Shown: in pieces, positions 1 to 12,482 of the stretch | How the letters are laid out: every line of letters begins with the position of its first letter | How positions within the stretch are numbered: position 1 is the first letter of the stretch | Assembly (NCBI GenBank): GCA_030704615.1 | Contig: CM060734.1 | Span: forward strand, 2,418,001-2,482,000 | From: Takakia lepidozioides | Taxonomy: Eukaryota; Plantae; Bryophyta | DNA length: 64,000 nt | Direction: 5' to 3' | Program-made: the position numbers and the translations under genes | The notes under the pieces: generated by a model | Seen by the model: the letters and a program-made list of their open reading frames with translations, nothing else | Databases searched by the model: none | Told to the model about the DNA's origin: nothing

Positions 1-23
1 TCCTACAAGCGGCCCAACCCACC

Positions 24-1042
24 TTAGCAAATGTGTTTTTGCTGGCAGAGCGGATAGAGCTCAACATGGTGGAGGAACGAGTGGTCATGGTGGGATTTGC
101 TAAGGAGACACCACGGGGTAGTGGTGCTCCTATCCAGCCACTGCCCCAACGTGCTCAAGGCAACAAGGGGGCTCAGGTGAAGCCCAGGGTATGACAGAGA
201 GGACCTCAGATGCAAGGGTCTCTCCCTTCATTTGCAGGCCAACAACGGGCGGATGTGGTGTGCTGAATATGTGGAGGACCCCATGTCAAGAAGGATTGCC
301 CAGAGGGAGGCAATGGGTTGGCATAGCCTGCACAGCTGCAGTGTGGGCATTGTGGCAAATATGGGCCAGTGTTATGGTTTGTATCCTGAATTACGCCCAG
401 GCCAGTTCCAAGGGAACAATGGTGGCCGGGGGCGAGGTGGAGCAGCCCAGAGAGAACGAGGTGGTCAGGCACAATATGCAGATCAAGGGCAAGCTCAGCT
501 TGGGTGGACGTCGTAGCCTTTGTACCACTAGTCCCACTGCTGCTCGTGGAAGCTGCCCTTGCCCCTCTAGTGCCTCTAGTGATGGAGACATAGTCGGGGG
601 ACCAGTACATCTTCCACTCCTCGATCTCAACATCATGCCCCCGCCTAAACTCATAGTAATCATCCATGGGCGGCCCCTCAAGGTGCTGAAATAGCCCCTT
701 CCATGCCATAAAAGGCGTAAACAGTTGTGGATTGCGCATTTGCTGCAAGTCACACCAATTATCAAACTCTTGGATAAAATCATCCAACTCAATGGTGCCC
801 ACAGCCCCAAAGTACCTTCGTGGCCCCTTGGTAGCTCCATACATCTCCTCCATTGTGTCCCACAACAATGGCAAGGAAACAACTTGCACCGCCGGTGTGA
901 GTCCTCCTGATTCACAATCCGAATCAGAACCTTCCGTAGAAGACACAAGAGGTGAAGGTGGCCTAAACTGCACACCTCGTCTCGTGTACCTACTAGTATC
1001 GCTAGTGCTCGTACTGGTACCTTCCCCAGCAACTAGTGGCAC
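24..1042 (-). pseudogene. Degenerate LTR-retrotransposon gag fragment
   Basis: ORF 206..1042 has a capsid-like segment (GTIELDDFIQEFDNWC...WKGLFQHLEG), followed by frameshifted Cys/His knuckle remnants towards the window start. Confidence 0.55.
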
Positions 1043-2065
1043 CTCCGTGTTGACAAACTGACACTCAACCGGTCATAAACCTGTCTCTAACCCCCTCTCC
1101 ACAAGGTAATCGGGTAGAGAACCTGATGCGGCTTATGGTTTGGAATACTAGGCTCCTAACATAGCCTGCACCTGTACCTGCACCTGCATCCACCGCAGGC
1201 ACTCCTATAGTTGGCTGGTCATCACCTCCAACCTCACCACAGGAGAAACAAAGATGGTTTGACTGGTCATCAACCCAGCCTCACCATCGACAACATGCTC
1301 TAGGGTTGGATCGGCGATCAAGCTCGAGTCAACCACCTATAAAATCAAGCGCCCACACAAAGCTAACATGGCGCACAATCAAGCATGCAGGTGTGGAGGG
1401 GATCCAAACATAAGAATGAAAACAACAACTCCCCCACATCAAAAACAACTCCACAGTGTCGCTCCTGCAACCCAGCCCAAACCTGGACTGACTCTTGCCT
1501 CCAACTACGGAAAGGTCTCGGCCTACAAAGAAGGTGAAAAGCTACGAGGAAGGGAAACTAAAGCAATGCATATCCCCAGCACGCTCTCATCCCAACACCC
1601 TCTTTTTTCCTCTCTTCTCTCTCACTTGCATGACCATGAGAGCATCCTGTAGACACTCTTGAGACCGCCCTCCATGAGCTCATGAAACTTGGCCTCCAAG
1701 GCCCCATGCAAGCCTCCACAGGGTCCGCCAGTACCTCATTACGTCCACCAGCCATTCCTCAGAATGGAACCACCTCAGGAAACCATGCCATTTGTTGAAG
1801 GTTCAAAAATGGAGCAAATAGAGGTACATATAGGCCCCAACAACATTCTGTCCAAAGGAATTACCTGCAGGCTGGTCTCCCCCATAGTGAAGAATTGGGC
1901 TGAAAACCCCAAAAGATTACCTGCAGGGAGGTAACCCCCTTTGTTAAAACGCAACAGGGAGGCAATTCCAACTTTTTTGCCAGATCAGCTAGCTCAAAAC
2001 CGTTGTTCTTCAGAGCCCAGCCTCCCCATCAAGGTCCCATGAAACGAGTGAAAAAAAAATTTATT

Positions 2066-2790
2066 TGTCGCGGCCATTTGCCTTGAGGGTAGGGGGGTCG
2101 GGACACAAGAGGGGCTGCCCCTGTGGTGGGGGCAGTGGCAACAATAGATACGGGGGCTGAAGCACCCTTGAGTGCCCAAGGCACTCAAGGAGGCGAAGGC
2201 GCTCACTAGGTGGAGTCCCGCACACCGGGTTGCGGTGGGGTGGTTCCACGAGGGGTGGTGGTAGCTTAGTGGGTCTTAGTGGGGGTGGCATAATACTCAC
2301 CATGGGGCGGAGACCTTGTGGTGGGAGTCGTGGGGAGTCTTGGGATTCATCACGGTCCATTGGGGCCGTGGTGGGTGGGCCAAGACTCACCGTGACTCAT
2401 CACCGGGAGTCAAGGGTCTTCGTGGTGGTTCGCCATAAAAGGACGGTGTTGTTTGTGAAACCCCCGCGGACAGTCACAGAAATATATGTAGGGAGTAGTA
2501 ACCTCGAGAACGGTGCAAGCCCGTTGGTGACCAAAAACTAGTGAGTAAGCGTGTGAGCCGGAAAGCGACCAAGGTGTGGGGAGCTCTTCCGGACTGCCAA
2601 CAACCAAAGGGAATTTTCACTAGGCCCAGAGTGAGCGAAGGTCTTGTGGAGGAGCAAAGGGGGACCGTTATGTCTCGGTGAGCAGCCGAAGCTCCGAGTT
2701 GGCCCTGCGGCCAGTTTGGGAGTTAGGCGCGTGCATCAAAGCGAGTAACTATGACGTGAAGGGGAGCTTACCGAAGGGAGGTGCGCGACA
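2066..2790 (+). repeat. 5' LTR (725 bp)
   Basis: TG...CA ends with terminal inverted repeat TGTCGCG/CGCGACA; direct repeat of 6828-7549. Confidence 0.95.
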
Positions 2791-2792
2791 CT

Positions 2793-2804
2793 TGGTATCA
2801 TAGC
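2793..2804 (+). promoter_or_regulatory. Primer-binding site, tRNA-iMet type
   Basis: TGGTATCATAGC, one mismatch to canonical TGGTATCAGAGC, 2 nt after the LTR. Confidence 0.9.
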
Positions 2805-2845
2805 TTAGAGTTTAGTACGCGATCGTCCTTGAGATAGGCCTCATC

Positions 2846-5840
2846 ATGGGGTCGGGTAAGACAAAGCGAAAGCGGAACGGCCCGAAAGATGATGATCCTG
2901 GTGAGTGCGGTGGGGGCGACGTGTCACCGAAGCGGCAATTGGAAGAGACGATTCATGCTTCTGAAAGCGAGGCCGCTCAAAAACGGGAGGAATCTGGGGA
3001 GTCGGAGCTCGAGGACTTCCCAGAGGCTCCGCCAGACCAACAGATGTCTCCCATGCCAGCAGCCTTTTGGGAAGGGTTGTTGGCGTACTTTGGCGAGACG
3101 TTGAAAGACGTGTTGAAGGCGGCTAATGCCACTTCCACTAAGGCAAAGTTTAAGGTGAAGCCTAAGGAACCCGGCACCTTCGAGGGCGTCCGAAATCAAA
3201 GGCACTCAACACCTAGCTCTTGGAGCTAGAGCAGTACTTCTGGGCGGCCAAATTGAATGACGAGGATTGGGTGGAAGTGGCTCCCACCTATTTGAGGGGC
3301 TATGCTCAACAATGGTGGCAGAAACGCCTTCATCACCAAGGTCCAAACCCAGAAACCTTAAGCTGGAGTGGGTTCAAGGAATTTATGAAAAGACAGTTTG
3401 TGCCCCTCAACGCGTCCTGGCTTGCCCGAGACAAGATGAGGAATTTGAAGCAAACGGATGACATTCGGGGATATGTTCAGGCTTTCAATGTGCTATTGCT
3501 CGAAGTCGCGGATATGGCAGAACCAGAAATGGTCTTCAACTTTGTGGCGGGACTGGCCCCATAGGCCAGGCAGAATTTGGAGGAGAAGCCACCTAAGACT
3601 TTGAATGAGGCAATTGAAAGGGCTAAATGTTTCTTGGATGTCCCTAGGGGCAAAAGACAAGGTCATACGGAGCTGAACCACAAGAAGACCCGGCGGGAGG
3701 GTGACTCCTTTTGACTGGAAAAGAAGTGGGATAGGCCACGCGGCGACAATGGTACATGGAAATCGAAGGGAGGGCCTTCACACGTCAAGGCGGCACCCGG
3801 TGCTCCGAAAAAAAAAATCAAGTACGGCGGCTTATGGCGGACAGAAGGTGACCTTCGATGAAGTGTGCCTTAATTACGGGGAGCCCGGGCACATGGCCAA
3901 GAAGTGCGCAAAACCCCGACAATTGAACATGACTCGGGCGACCACGGAGCTGTCCGAAGATTCCATCAGCCGCTTGGTGGAAGCGGTGGTTGCCAAGACT
4001 TGCAAGGTAGACAACTACTCTTGTGAGTTGTATCAGGAGACTGGCCCCTTGCGTAAAGGGAGTCAATTAATATTCGTGAGTGGGATAATTTCCGGAACTA
4101 CCGTGTCGTTGTTGGTGGACACAGGAGCGTTGCACTCCTTCATGACATCGGCAACGGCACGGAAGCTGGGGCTCCCGACAAGTGATGTGGGGGCCTCTAT
4201 TGAAGTGCGTTCTGCCAAAGGAGAAACACAACTGGCAACGAGGTTGGCGTTCGATGTTCCTCTTCAGCTCGGGAGTTGGGAGGGACGTGAGAACTTCACC
4301 ATTTGCGAGATCGATGGAGTGGATCTCATTTTGGGGATGACCTTTTTGAGCAAATCCGGAGCAGTCATAAATGGCCGCAAGAGAGTAGTCACGCTACCGT
4401 GTGGGGATGATGGAAAAGTTTTACGGTGTCGGAAACGCCCAACCGAGTGGGAGGGCGAATAAATCTGCTGACAGCAAAGAAGTGGGCCGTGGAGGAACCA
4501 CACGAACCCCAGTTTTTGCTTTATATAAGACAAGTGGAAGGAGAAGTCGATAGGGAGCCGAGCCCAGATTGGATCAAGGGGATCCTGGAGAAATACCAGG
4601 ATTTGATGTCGGAGGATTTACCAAGCGGTTTGCCACCGCGAAGAGGAGTTGATCACAAGATAGAGGTGATACTGGGATCGGAGTCGCCTGCCAAGGCGCC
4701 CTACCGGTTGAGCCACAAAGAGTTGGTCGAGCTGAAGGCCCAGCTCAAGGATCTAATGTCAAAGGGGTACATCCAGCCGAATAAGTCACCTTACGGAGCC
4801 CCGGTGTTATTCGCAGACAAGAAGGATGGGACGCTGCGGATGTGTGTCGATTACAGGGCTCTGAATAAGGTGACTATAAAAAACCGGTACCCTTTGCCAA
4901 GGATCGACGACCTCTTCGATCGGTTGGCAGAAGCAAAGTATTTTAGCCGGATCAATTTGCGCTCAGGTTACCATCAAATCCGAGTGGCGGAAGGAGATGA
5001 GAAGAAGACCGCGTGCAGGACAAGATATGGTTCATATGAGTTCTTGGTGATGCATTTTGGGCTCACCAACGCACCCGCGACTTTTAGCACGCTAATGAAC
5101 AGCCTTTTCCAGGAGTGGTTGGATGACTTTGTGATCGTGTACATAACGACATCTTGGTGTACTCAAAAACGAAGGAAGAACACCTGGAGCACCTCAAAAG
5201 GGTGTTCCAGAAATTGCGGAAAGGGAAGTTGCATGTCAAAGCTTCAAAGTGCGAATTCGGGGTCACAAAAGTGGAGTTCCTAGGGCATGTGATTACACAA
5301 GATGGGATCAAAATGGATGACAGAAAGGTGAGGGCGATCTTGGACTGGGAGCCTCCGACTTCGCGATCCTTCCTTGGACTCGCCTCCTATTACCGAAAGT
5401 ATGTGAGAAATTTCGCCAAGATCGCGGGGCCATTGTCAGACCTTCTGTGTAAGTCCAAGGTATGGGTATGGAACACCTTTTGTGGCCAAGCTTTTGCCGA
5501 GTTGAAGCAGCGGATGGCGGAAGCTCCAATCCTGAAAATCCCGGAGTTCGACCGTCCATTTGAGATTCATACAGATGCGTCGGACTTCGCAAATGGGGGT
5601 GTGCTCATGCAGGATGGACGTCCATTGGCTTACAAAAGTAAGAAACTGAATGAAGTGGAGCGACGGTGGCCTACGCACGAGAAAGAAATGAAGGCGGTGG
5701 TACATTGCCTTGAGCTTTGGCGCCACTATGTTGGTTCCAACCCGGTGAAGGTGTTCACGGACAATGTCACGGTGAAGTATTTTGCCACACAGCCTAAGTT
5801 GTCCCCAAAACAACTTAAGTGGCAAGACACTTTGGGGTGA
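2846..5840 (+). pseudogene. Gypsy gag-pol (gag, zinc knuckle, aspartic protease, RT, RNase H), frameshifted
   Basis: ORFs 2846..3229, 3220..3564, 3701..4462 (LLVDTGA protease), 4426..5283 ([20 protein letters not shown]) and 5154..5840 (HTDASD, HEKEM, FTDN). Confidence 0.95.
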
Positions 5841-6827
5841 AAGCATGCTAATGTGTACCACTGACACTCCTGAAAATGACTAAATTTTAACTGCTGGCGC
5901 GTTACACCGCGACGCGTGGACATGACATGTTGCAATGAAAACGTGATGAAATTGACAGATGATAGTGCGCACCTCAACCCCACCCATCGGATGCTCGTAC
6001 ACCCTCTTGTACACCTCCAATTTTGCTCGTACACCACTAATTTTGAGTTTACGATACTAACTCGACTTCCATTTGCCACCATTTGTTTTCCCCTCATCGC
6101 ATCCAAGCGGGTTTGGTGTGTTTGATGCCTACTTCAATGCTGCAGATGCTCGTATAATTTTTAGGAGTTTATTTGATATTTTTTAATTTTAAAATAATTT
6201 GCAATGAATGATACACTATTTGTAAGAACTCATTTTGGCCTCAAATTCAGAATTGGAGGACCTTGTAGCCATTTCAAGGACATGGCCTTCTTCATTTTCA
6301 GTAGCTAAACACTTGTGGTGAAAGAACTATGTTCAAATTTTGAGGTTTAGTAGTACCAAAGTTTGGTGCCCTAAGTTATGCATATCGCGTAGTAGAAAAA
6401 TTCCAAGGTGGACCCAATTGTAGTGGTTGGGGTGCACGGTTGGTTCAAGGTTATCTTCCTAGTAAAAAAAGGTTCAAGGTGAACCCTTGCTCAAGGTGAT
6501 GCCAAAAAACGGCATCATGAGCGATCGCAAGCAATGTTGTTGTAGTAAGGCGATTCGATCCTCGGGGAGGATCGTTCCTTGGCCTTGAAGTGGGCCAAGA
6601 AGAGTGCACTGGGTGGAGCTGGAGAGGCTCCACCCTTGGCCGGGACTTGGAGGAAGTCGGCCGAACTAGCCAGTGGAGAGTAGAGTCAAGTGGGGGTTTG
6701 GTTCTTTGCCATGGGACGCCATGGTACGGAAACAAACTCCTTGATGTGGGACGCCACAACTTGGATGTTAGTTTCTACAAAATGGACAAGTCGATGAGGA
6801 CATCGACTCCCTGTTGGTAGGGGTGTG

Positions 6828-7549
6828 TGTCGTGGCCCTTTGCCTTGAGGGCAGGGGGGTTGGGACACAAGAGGGGCTGCCCCTGTGGTGGGGGCAGTGG
6901 CAACAATAGATACGGGGGCTGAAGCACCCTTGAGTGCCCAAGGCATTCAATGAGGCGAAGGCGCTCACTAGGTGGAGCCCCGCACACCGGGTTGCGGTGG
7001 GGGTGGTTCCACGAGGGTGGTAGCTTAGTGGGTCTTAGTGGGGGTGGCATAGGACTCACCATGGGGCGGAGACCTTGTGGTGGGAGTCGTGGGGAGTCTT
7101 GGGACTCATCACGGTCCATTGGGGCCGTGGTGGATGGACCAAGACTCACCGCGACTCATCACTGGGAGTCAAGGGTCTTCGTGGTGGTTCGCCATAAAAT
7201 GACGGTGTTGTTTGTGAAACCCCCGCGAACAGTCACAGAAGTATATATAGGGAGTAGTAACCCCGAGAACGGTGCAAGCCCGTTGGTGACCAAAAACTAG
7301 TGAGTAAGCGTGCGAGCCGGAAAGCGACCAAGGTGTGGGGAGCTGTTCTGGACTGCCAACAACCAAAGGGAATTTCCACTAGGCCCAGAGTGAGCGAGGG
7401 TCTTGTGGAGGAGCAAAGGGGGACCGTTATGTCCCGGTGAACAGCCGAAGCTCCGAGTTGGCCCGGCGGCCAGTTTGGGAGTTAGGCGCGCGCATCAAAG
7501 CGAGTAACTATGACGAGAAGGGGAGCTTACCAAAGGGAGGTGCGCGACA
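6828..7549 (+). repeat. 3' LTR
   Basis: Direct repeat of 2066-2790, preceded by TGGTAGGGGTGTG. Confidence 0.95.
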
Positions 7550-7599
7550 TTATTATTAATATAATTATTATTTTCACTCTTCCTGTTCGCGGCCTTCCG

Positions 7600-7925
7600 T
7601 GGCTCTAACCGCCACGACTTCCCACGCTTCCCGGCCACGGCCTGTCATAGGCACGAACCGGCCCCAAGCGCCTCCCGTGATACCCTCGTGGTATCACGAC
7701 CACGACCCCTCAACGGCCACTACCACGGCCTGGGTTCATGGCATCCCGTGGCACCACGACCACGATACGGCCACGGTCCACGGTCCACGACCACGGCCGC
7801 TGTTCACGACCACGACCACGGCCCGTGGTATCTCGTGATACCGGCGCCACGACCCATCACGTCACGACCACAGCCACTGTTCACCTGCGTTCCCAGGAAC
7901 TCGCCACGAGTTCGCACGTGTTCCC
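7600..7925. repeat. GC-rich CCACGAC/CCACGGC short-repeat tract
   Basis: Many dispersed and tandem CACGAC/CACGGC units. Confidence 0.6.
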
Positions 7926-8177
7926 AAGGCGTTCCCACGCGTTCCTGAGCTCTCCCCGAGCTGGGGTGTGCTCCTGCACTTGTTGCCGACGAGCTATGGC
8001 TTCTGCGAAGCCACCAGACCTGTTGCCATGCTCTCTTGAGCTCTCACAGCCCGCCAGAGGTGCCCCCAACTCACCAAACAAGCTCTTTGCTCTCCAACAA
8101 ACTCTCTTGCTTCAGGAAACTCACAAAATGAAGTTGAAAAATACTCACCTTTACTACCTTGGTGCACTTGCATCTCT

Positions 8178-8245
8178 GAGGTTTACTATTTCATGAACAA
8201 AAACCATGAGCCATGAGCTATGAGCCGCATGAGCGGTGAGCCGAA
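8178..8245 (+). repeat. Left TIR with five RTGAGC subrepeats (family A)
   Basis: GAGGTTTACTATTTCATGA...ATGAGCcATGAGCtATGAGCcgcATGAGCgGTGAGCc. Confidence 0.85.
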
Positions 8246-8998
8246 GTCTAAGACACGCGGATTTCATGAGCGGACTCCTCCAAATTTGGAAATGCGGCAG
8301 ATTAAACAAGTATTAAAACAATAGTTTTTTATTTGACCTTGCCATTTTTGGAAGTTCCAGATCCTGTAATGCGGCGAAGATATGTCGTCAGTAACAACTC
8401 CGCTCATGGTTTTTTAGATCCGCTCATGGAAATGAGTGACCGTGCAACGAGAAATCCAGTATACCACGGCAAAAAGACGTCGCATACTGGCCTGTATAGA
8501 GTATTCCGCGGTTTTACATGCCTTAACATTGGAATGAAGCTAACCTTTTTGCCACGATTGAACCAATAGAGTCTGCACAATTCTGTCATCTTTGAGTATT
8601 CGGCGGGAAAGGTTTGTGACTCAACTGGGAAATGCGGTGCCGCATTAGGGTTCACACGTGCGAAATTTCTGGGCAGTTTGGTGTTGGTGAATGCCGCATC
8701 TATCAGTACCTACGACGTTACTTGGAAATGCGGCGCCACATTTCCTTGCCGGGGGTCGAATGAGGAAAGCAAAGTTTGGGAGAGCAGAAAAACAGGAACC
8801 CTCCAACACACAAAAATACATGCACGTGGAAACACGAGTGAATGACATAGTATTATCTTAGTTCGAGCAAAACAGGTTACTGGTAGGCAAGACATAAGTC
8901 GGACCTTTCTGTGGCCAGAGTCAAAGCTACTTGCAGCAGTACAATTCTACTATCCGAAAAGGATGGGCGTACCATAGTGTTGGGACCGCAAGCCAAGG

Positions 8999-11900
8999 TC
9001 ACTGGTCCCCTGGATCCATATTCAGAAGAGTGTGCACCTCTTGGGGGCTCAACCCTGGTGCATGTATGAAGTGATGAGTTGTGGAATTACACCGGAGTCT
9101 CCTTAGGTACACGTAGTACAGATGCTTGCAAGGGCAGTATGATGCCCCCTTGTTCGCCATGATCTGGAAGTCGGTGCAATTGCAGGTGGGTAATTCTGAA
9201 ATGGTGATGGTGTACACCTCATTGCGAACAGCTGAGCCTGCCATGTCCATCTGATACACACGCCCGAAGCCTAGTGGGGGCACTTCTATCGAGTTCTGGA
9301 TTGTACAGTTCATCTGAAGTGCATTCCCCATCCTTGTCTCGTTCACTTTTGAGGGAGGTCGCCGCCTCTTCGGTTTCCCCCAACGATGTGTAGGATGCTT
9401 AGAGTTGTCGGGTCCCATTGTTCTTGCTCTCATAGGGGTCGGTGGTGGAGGCTATGGAAGCGGAAATGGTTGTCTGGGGACGTCAGTGCGCTGCACCATC
9501 CGAAATCCTGCGGCGGTAAGGGCGTCGGCCTCAACTTGACTCAGATCGCAGCCTGGTTCCACCGGCCACACCGGGGGAGCCTCTGGCATTGTTTGTATGC
9601 CGTACTTGGGCTTTCCATACATGCAAGTCATAATGTCATGCCTGCAGAACCAGAACTGGGTGGTTGTCGCCTCCGCAAACTTTGCATGGACAAATCTTCC
9701 TGTAAAAGTGACAGCACTATCTGGATTCCTCCTTATCATCTCTAAACAACGTTGCCGTATATCCACTCGAATTGCGGAACACCTGCCTCGAAACGACGGC
9801 TTTGTGCGAGCAATTCTCCACTGTGACGTAGACACAGTCGTCTCCACAATGGCTTGGCCATACTGCATAACAGCGGGCGGAATCTGGGGCAAGCGAGCGG
9901 TGGGAATTTCTCGCACGGAATCCCCGCTTGAAGGTGATGGCGATCTGGAATTTCTTGGGCTTCCACTGCTGAAAGACACATTGTGCGGCAACATGACGGG
10001 CCCTCGAGGTGCTGTCCGAATGTTCCTGTCGGATCTCCAGGAATCCTCTTTGCACCCGGGTTCCTCTTCAATCCTCCGCCTCACAGGGCGAGTACGGACG
10101 TCCCCCTCTAGGTGCTCACCTCTGCGGTGCAGAGGCGTCCCTTTGATCTTCTCTCGCAATGTTGTCGCCAATTTCAGTGGATTCTTCGACCTCGAAGCTG
10201 TTCGTACCAACAATTCCTTCCTGTCCGGCCCAAAGCCCCATTATTTCCCGCTCAGGAACTTGTAGTACGTGGCTTGCTGCATGATTGCTCTATCGATGTC
10301 CTCCGTTGTGGCCGTCACTACGTCCACCAGATGTGCGGCAGAAGACGCTCGCCAGGAGGAGTGCACTGATTCTTCCATATTCGTGTTCGGCATGTCCGTG
10401 TCGGAATCCAAGCACCGCTCCTACAAGGACACAAACAATGGTGAAGAACCAATGGAAAGGTCCGTAATAGAAAGACAATTGCACGAAAATGACAGCATCA
10501 TACCTCCCGCATGTACTGTCCGAACTGTCGATACCGGAAATGCCACCACCCCAACCAGCTGTGCAAGCTCCCAGATTGGTTGTCTCCACTGCACCTGACG
10601 TGTTCCACCAAGCCTCAATGATAGCAAACTTAACCTCCGCGTCATCAAATGTGGGTGCATCCTTCCACGCCATACAAAGGACACGGTGTTCAGCCTGGAA
10701 TGAGCTAGCAACAAATTTGGTAGTGTAGTGAGATAGACTCTGCATCCAATGGAATCCACATGATCTCTCTTTCCCCTCCATTGGAACATTGGGGTCCTCA
10801 CCGTACACACGCCGCACCGCTGCCCAGTTGGCCTGAGCGTTGTCTGCCATGAATCCCCTGAAATTGGGCTCTGGCAATCCCGCCCTTGCCATCTGCTTGT
10901 TTATGCCCTCCCACAGATGCATCTCCAACTGTGTGTCCTCCCCTTTCATCTCGCAGATTGCAATCATCATGAGCCTCTTGGAGTGATAGTCATAAACATG
11001 CGCACCCATAGTCACCCATTGATGGTTTGTAATTCGCTTGATGTGATCAAACATCACCCAAGCATTCGACAAGTTTCCAGTTGTCATGCGAGTGACCAAG
11101 TCGACTCCACCCCCAGGCCCACACGTCGACATTTTAAAAATGTAACAACGATCGGATTCGCTACCTTGCCCTGGAAACCTGCTACCTTGGATGTAGTCAT
11201 ATCCAGTCATTCGTTTCACCTCCAAGATTGAGTGCATGTCCGACCCCCGGCCGAACTCCTGCTTGCAAGATACGATGTGATTCCGCACATTCGGACTACA
11301 AACGTGCGAGACGGACTCCAACAGGTCAAGCATCTCCTCTTCGTTCAAGGGCACCCGGTCTAAACCATCTTCAAACATGATTTTGCCAAGAGCAATCTTG
11401 TGGGCTGCCTTCAGCTGAATCTGCTTTGGTCTGGCTCTGGGGCTCAATTTCACCTCCTCTTTTATGATGTCGTGTGCTTCTTGCACAGCCTCACGCATGT
11501 TGCCTCTCGCCAAGGGGTGGCAGTGGACCCCAACGTGTATGCAAGCTCTAGTCAAGTCCGGGAGCAAATGGATTACGTAATATTGCTTGGCTCTGCACAT
11601 GGACATGCACGTCGGTGGTTCTTTGCAATGTGTGCACTTGAAAGTACCCGCAGGAGCTTGGCTAGAGACAATGAATGGATGATGCGTTGTGCCAGTCCAA
11701 TCCGTCTCGTTTCTCCGCCCTCCTTTGGAGAGAAAGTGGAAGCAGGCGGGATTGAGGCACCTCAGCTTCCCCGCACAGAGGACGTATCGTACACGAACAC
11801 CATCAGCAATTTTCGTGCTACCGGTCTTCGTCACACACCAGGGGTGTCCGTCATGCTTTCGATCCATGTCTGTTAACATCCCTGAGGCTTTGTTTGACAA

Positions 11901-12382
11901 AGTAACAGGTGGAAACTCGAAGATGACATTGCCATCGACTTCGGGAGGCAGATACGTTACCTTCCTGACTGGAAATTTGGCATAGTCGAGAGCAGCCAGC
12001 TCGAAGCGAGAACCATCGAGGTGATGTTGCCGTAGGAGCTGCACAATGGACCGGGTTGGAGTTATGCTCGAGGGTACATGCGTAGCACCTGCAGAGACGT
12101 CAATGTCGGATTTGAACGACCGTGTGGAGGACATGACCAAGGCTCACAGGCACCATGTAAGTGGATCTGCGGAGTCCACCGACGATTGGAAGTCGCACAT
12201 TGAAGTGGAAAGTATTGTTTCAAGCTACATGCATGAAGGTGGGAGGTGTGATTCCATAGCCAGTACGTATAACAATGATGGCCGATTCGGCGACGAAATA
12301 ACATCTCCTGACAGTTTCTCCTGAGGGTGGATCCAGCAGTATTCTCGGTGTAGATATGAACATTCGCACTGACAAGTGCCAT
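8999..12382 (-). pseudogene. MULE-type DDE transposase with N-terminal GCM-like Zn domain and C-terminal SWIM finger (intron 10421-10503)
   Basis: DGHPW...CAGKLRCLNPAC...CTHC...HVGVHCHP; catalytic VMFD, FMAD and CGFH (CxxH); after splicing, NTNMEESVH supplies the E; SWIM CNCTDF...CPCKH in 8999..9433. In-frame stop near 10241 and frameshifts near 10565 and 9445. The start codon is uncertain. Confidence 0.88.
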
Positions 12383-12482
12383 GACTGTTACTTAAAACGG
12401 TCAGACAACCAAGTTGTGCTCATCAAAATAGGCCGCAATTGTGTTGTTTCGGAACAATGCAACCCATTCAGGTTCCGCATGC

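Larger units (their letters stand above)
2066..7549 (+). mobile_element. Ty3/Gypsy LTR retrotransposon (chromovirus-like), both LTRs present, integrase deleted
   Basis: LTRs 2066-2790 and 6828-7549 (TGTCG...CGACA, roughly 95% identical by eye). 5-bp TSD TTATT at 2061-2065 and 7550-7554. PBS after the 5' LTR, purine-rich tract before the 3' LTR, order gag-PR-RT-RH. Confidence 0.95.

Noticed and set aside
1994-2607. ORFs inside the LTRs (also 6686-7366 and 59809-60157)
   Set aside because: GC-rich LTR sequence gives chance ORFs on both strands; their recurrence reflects LTR duplication only.
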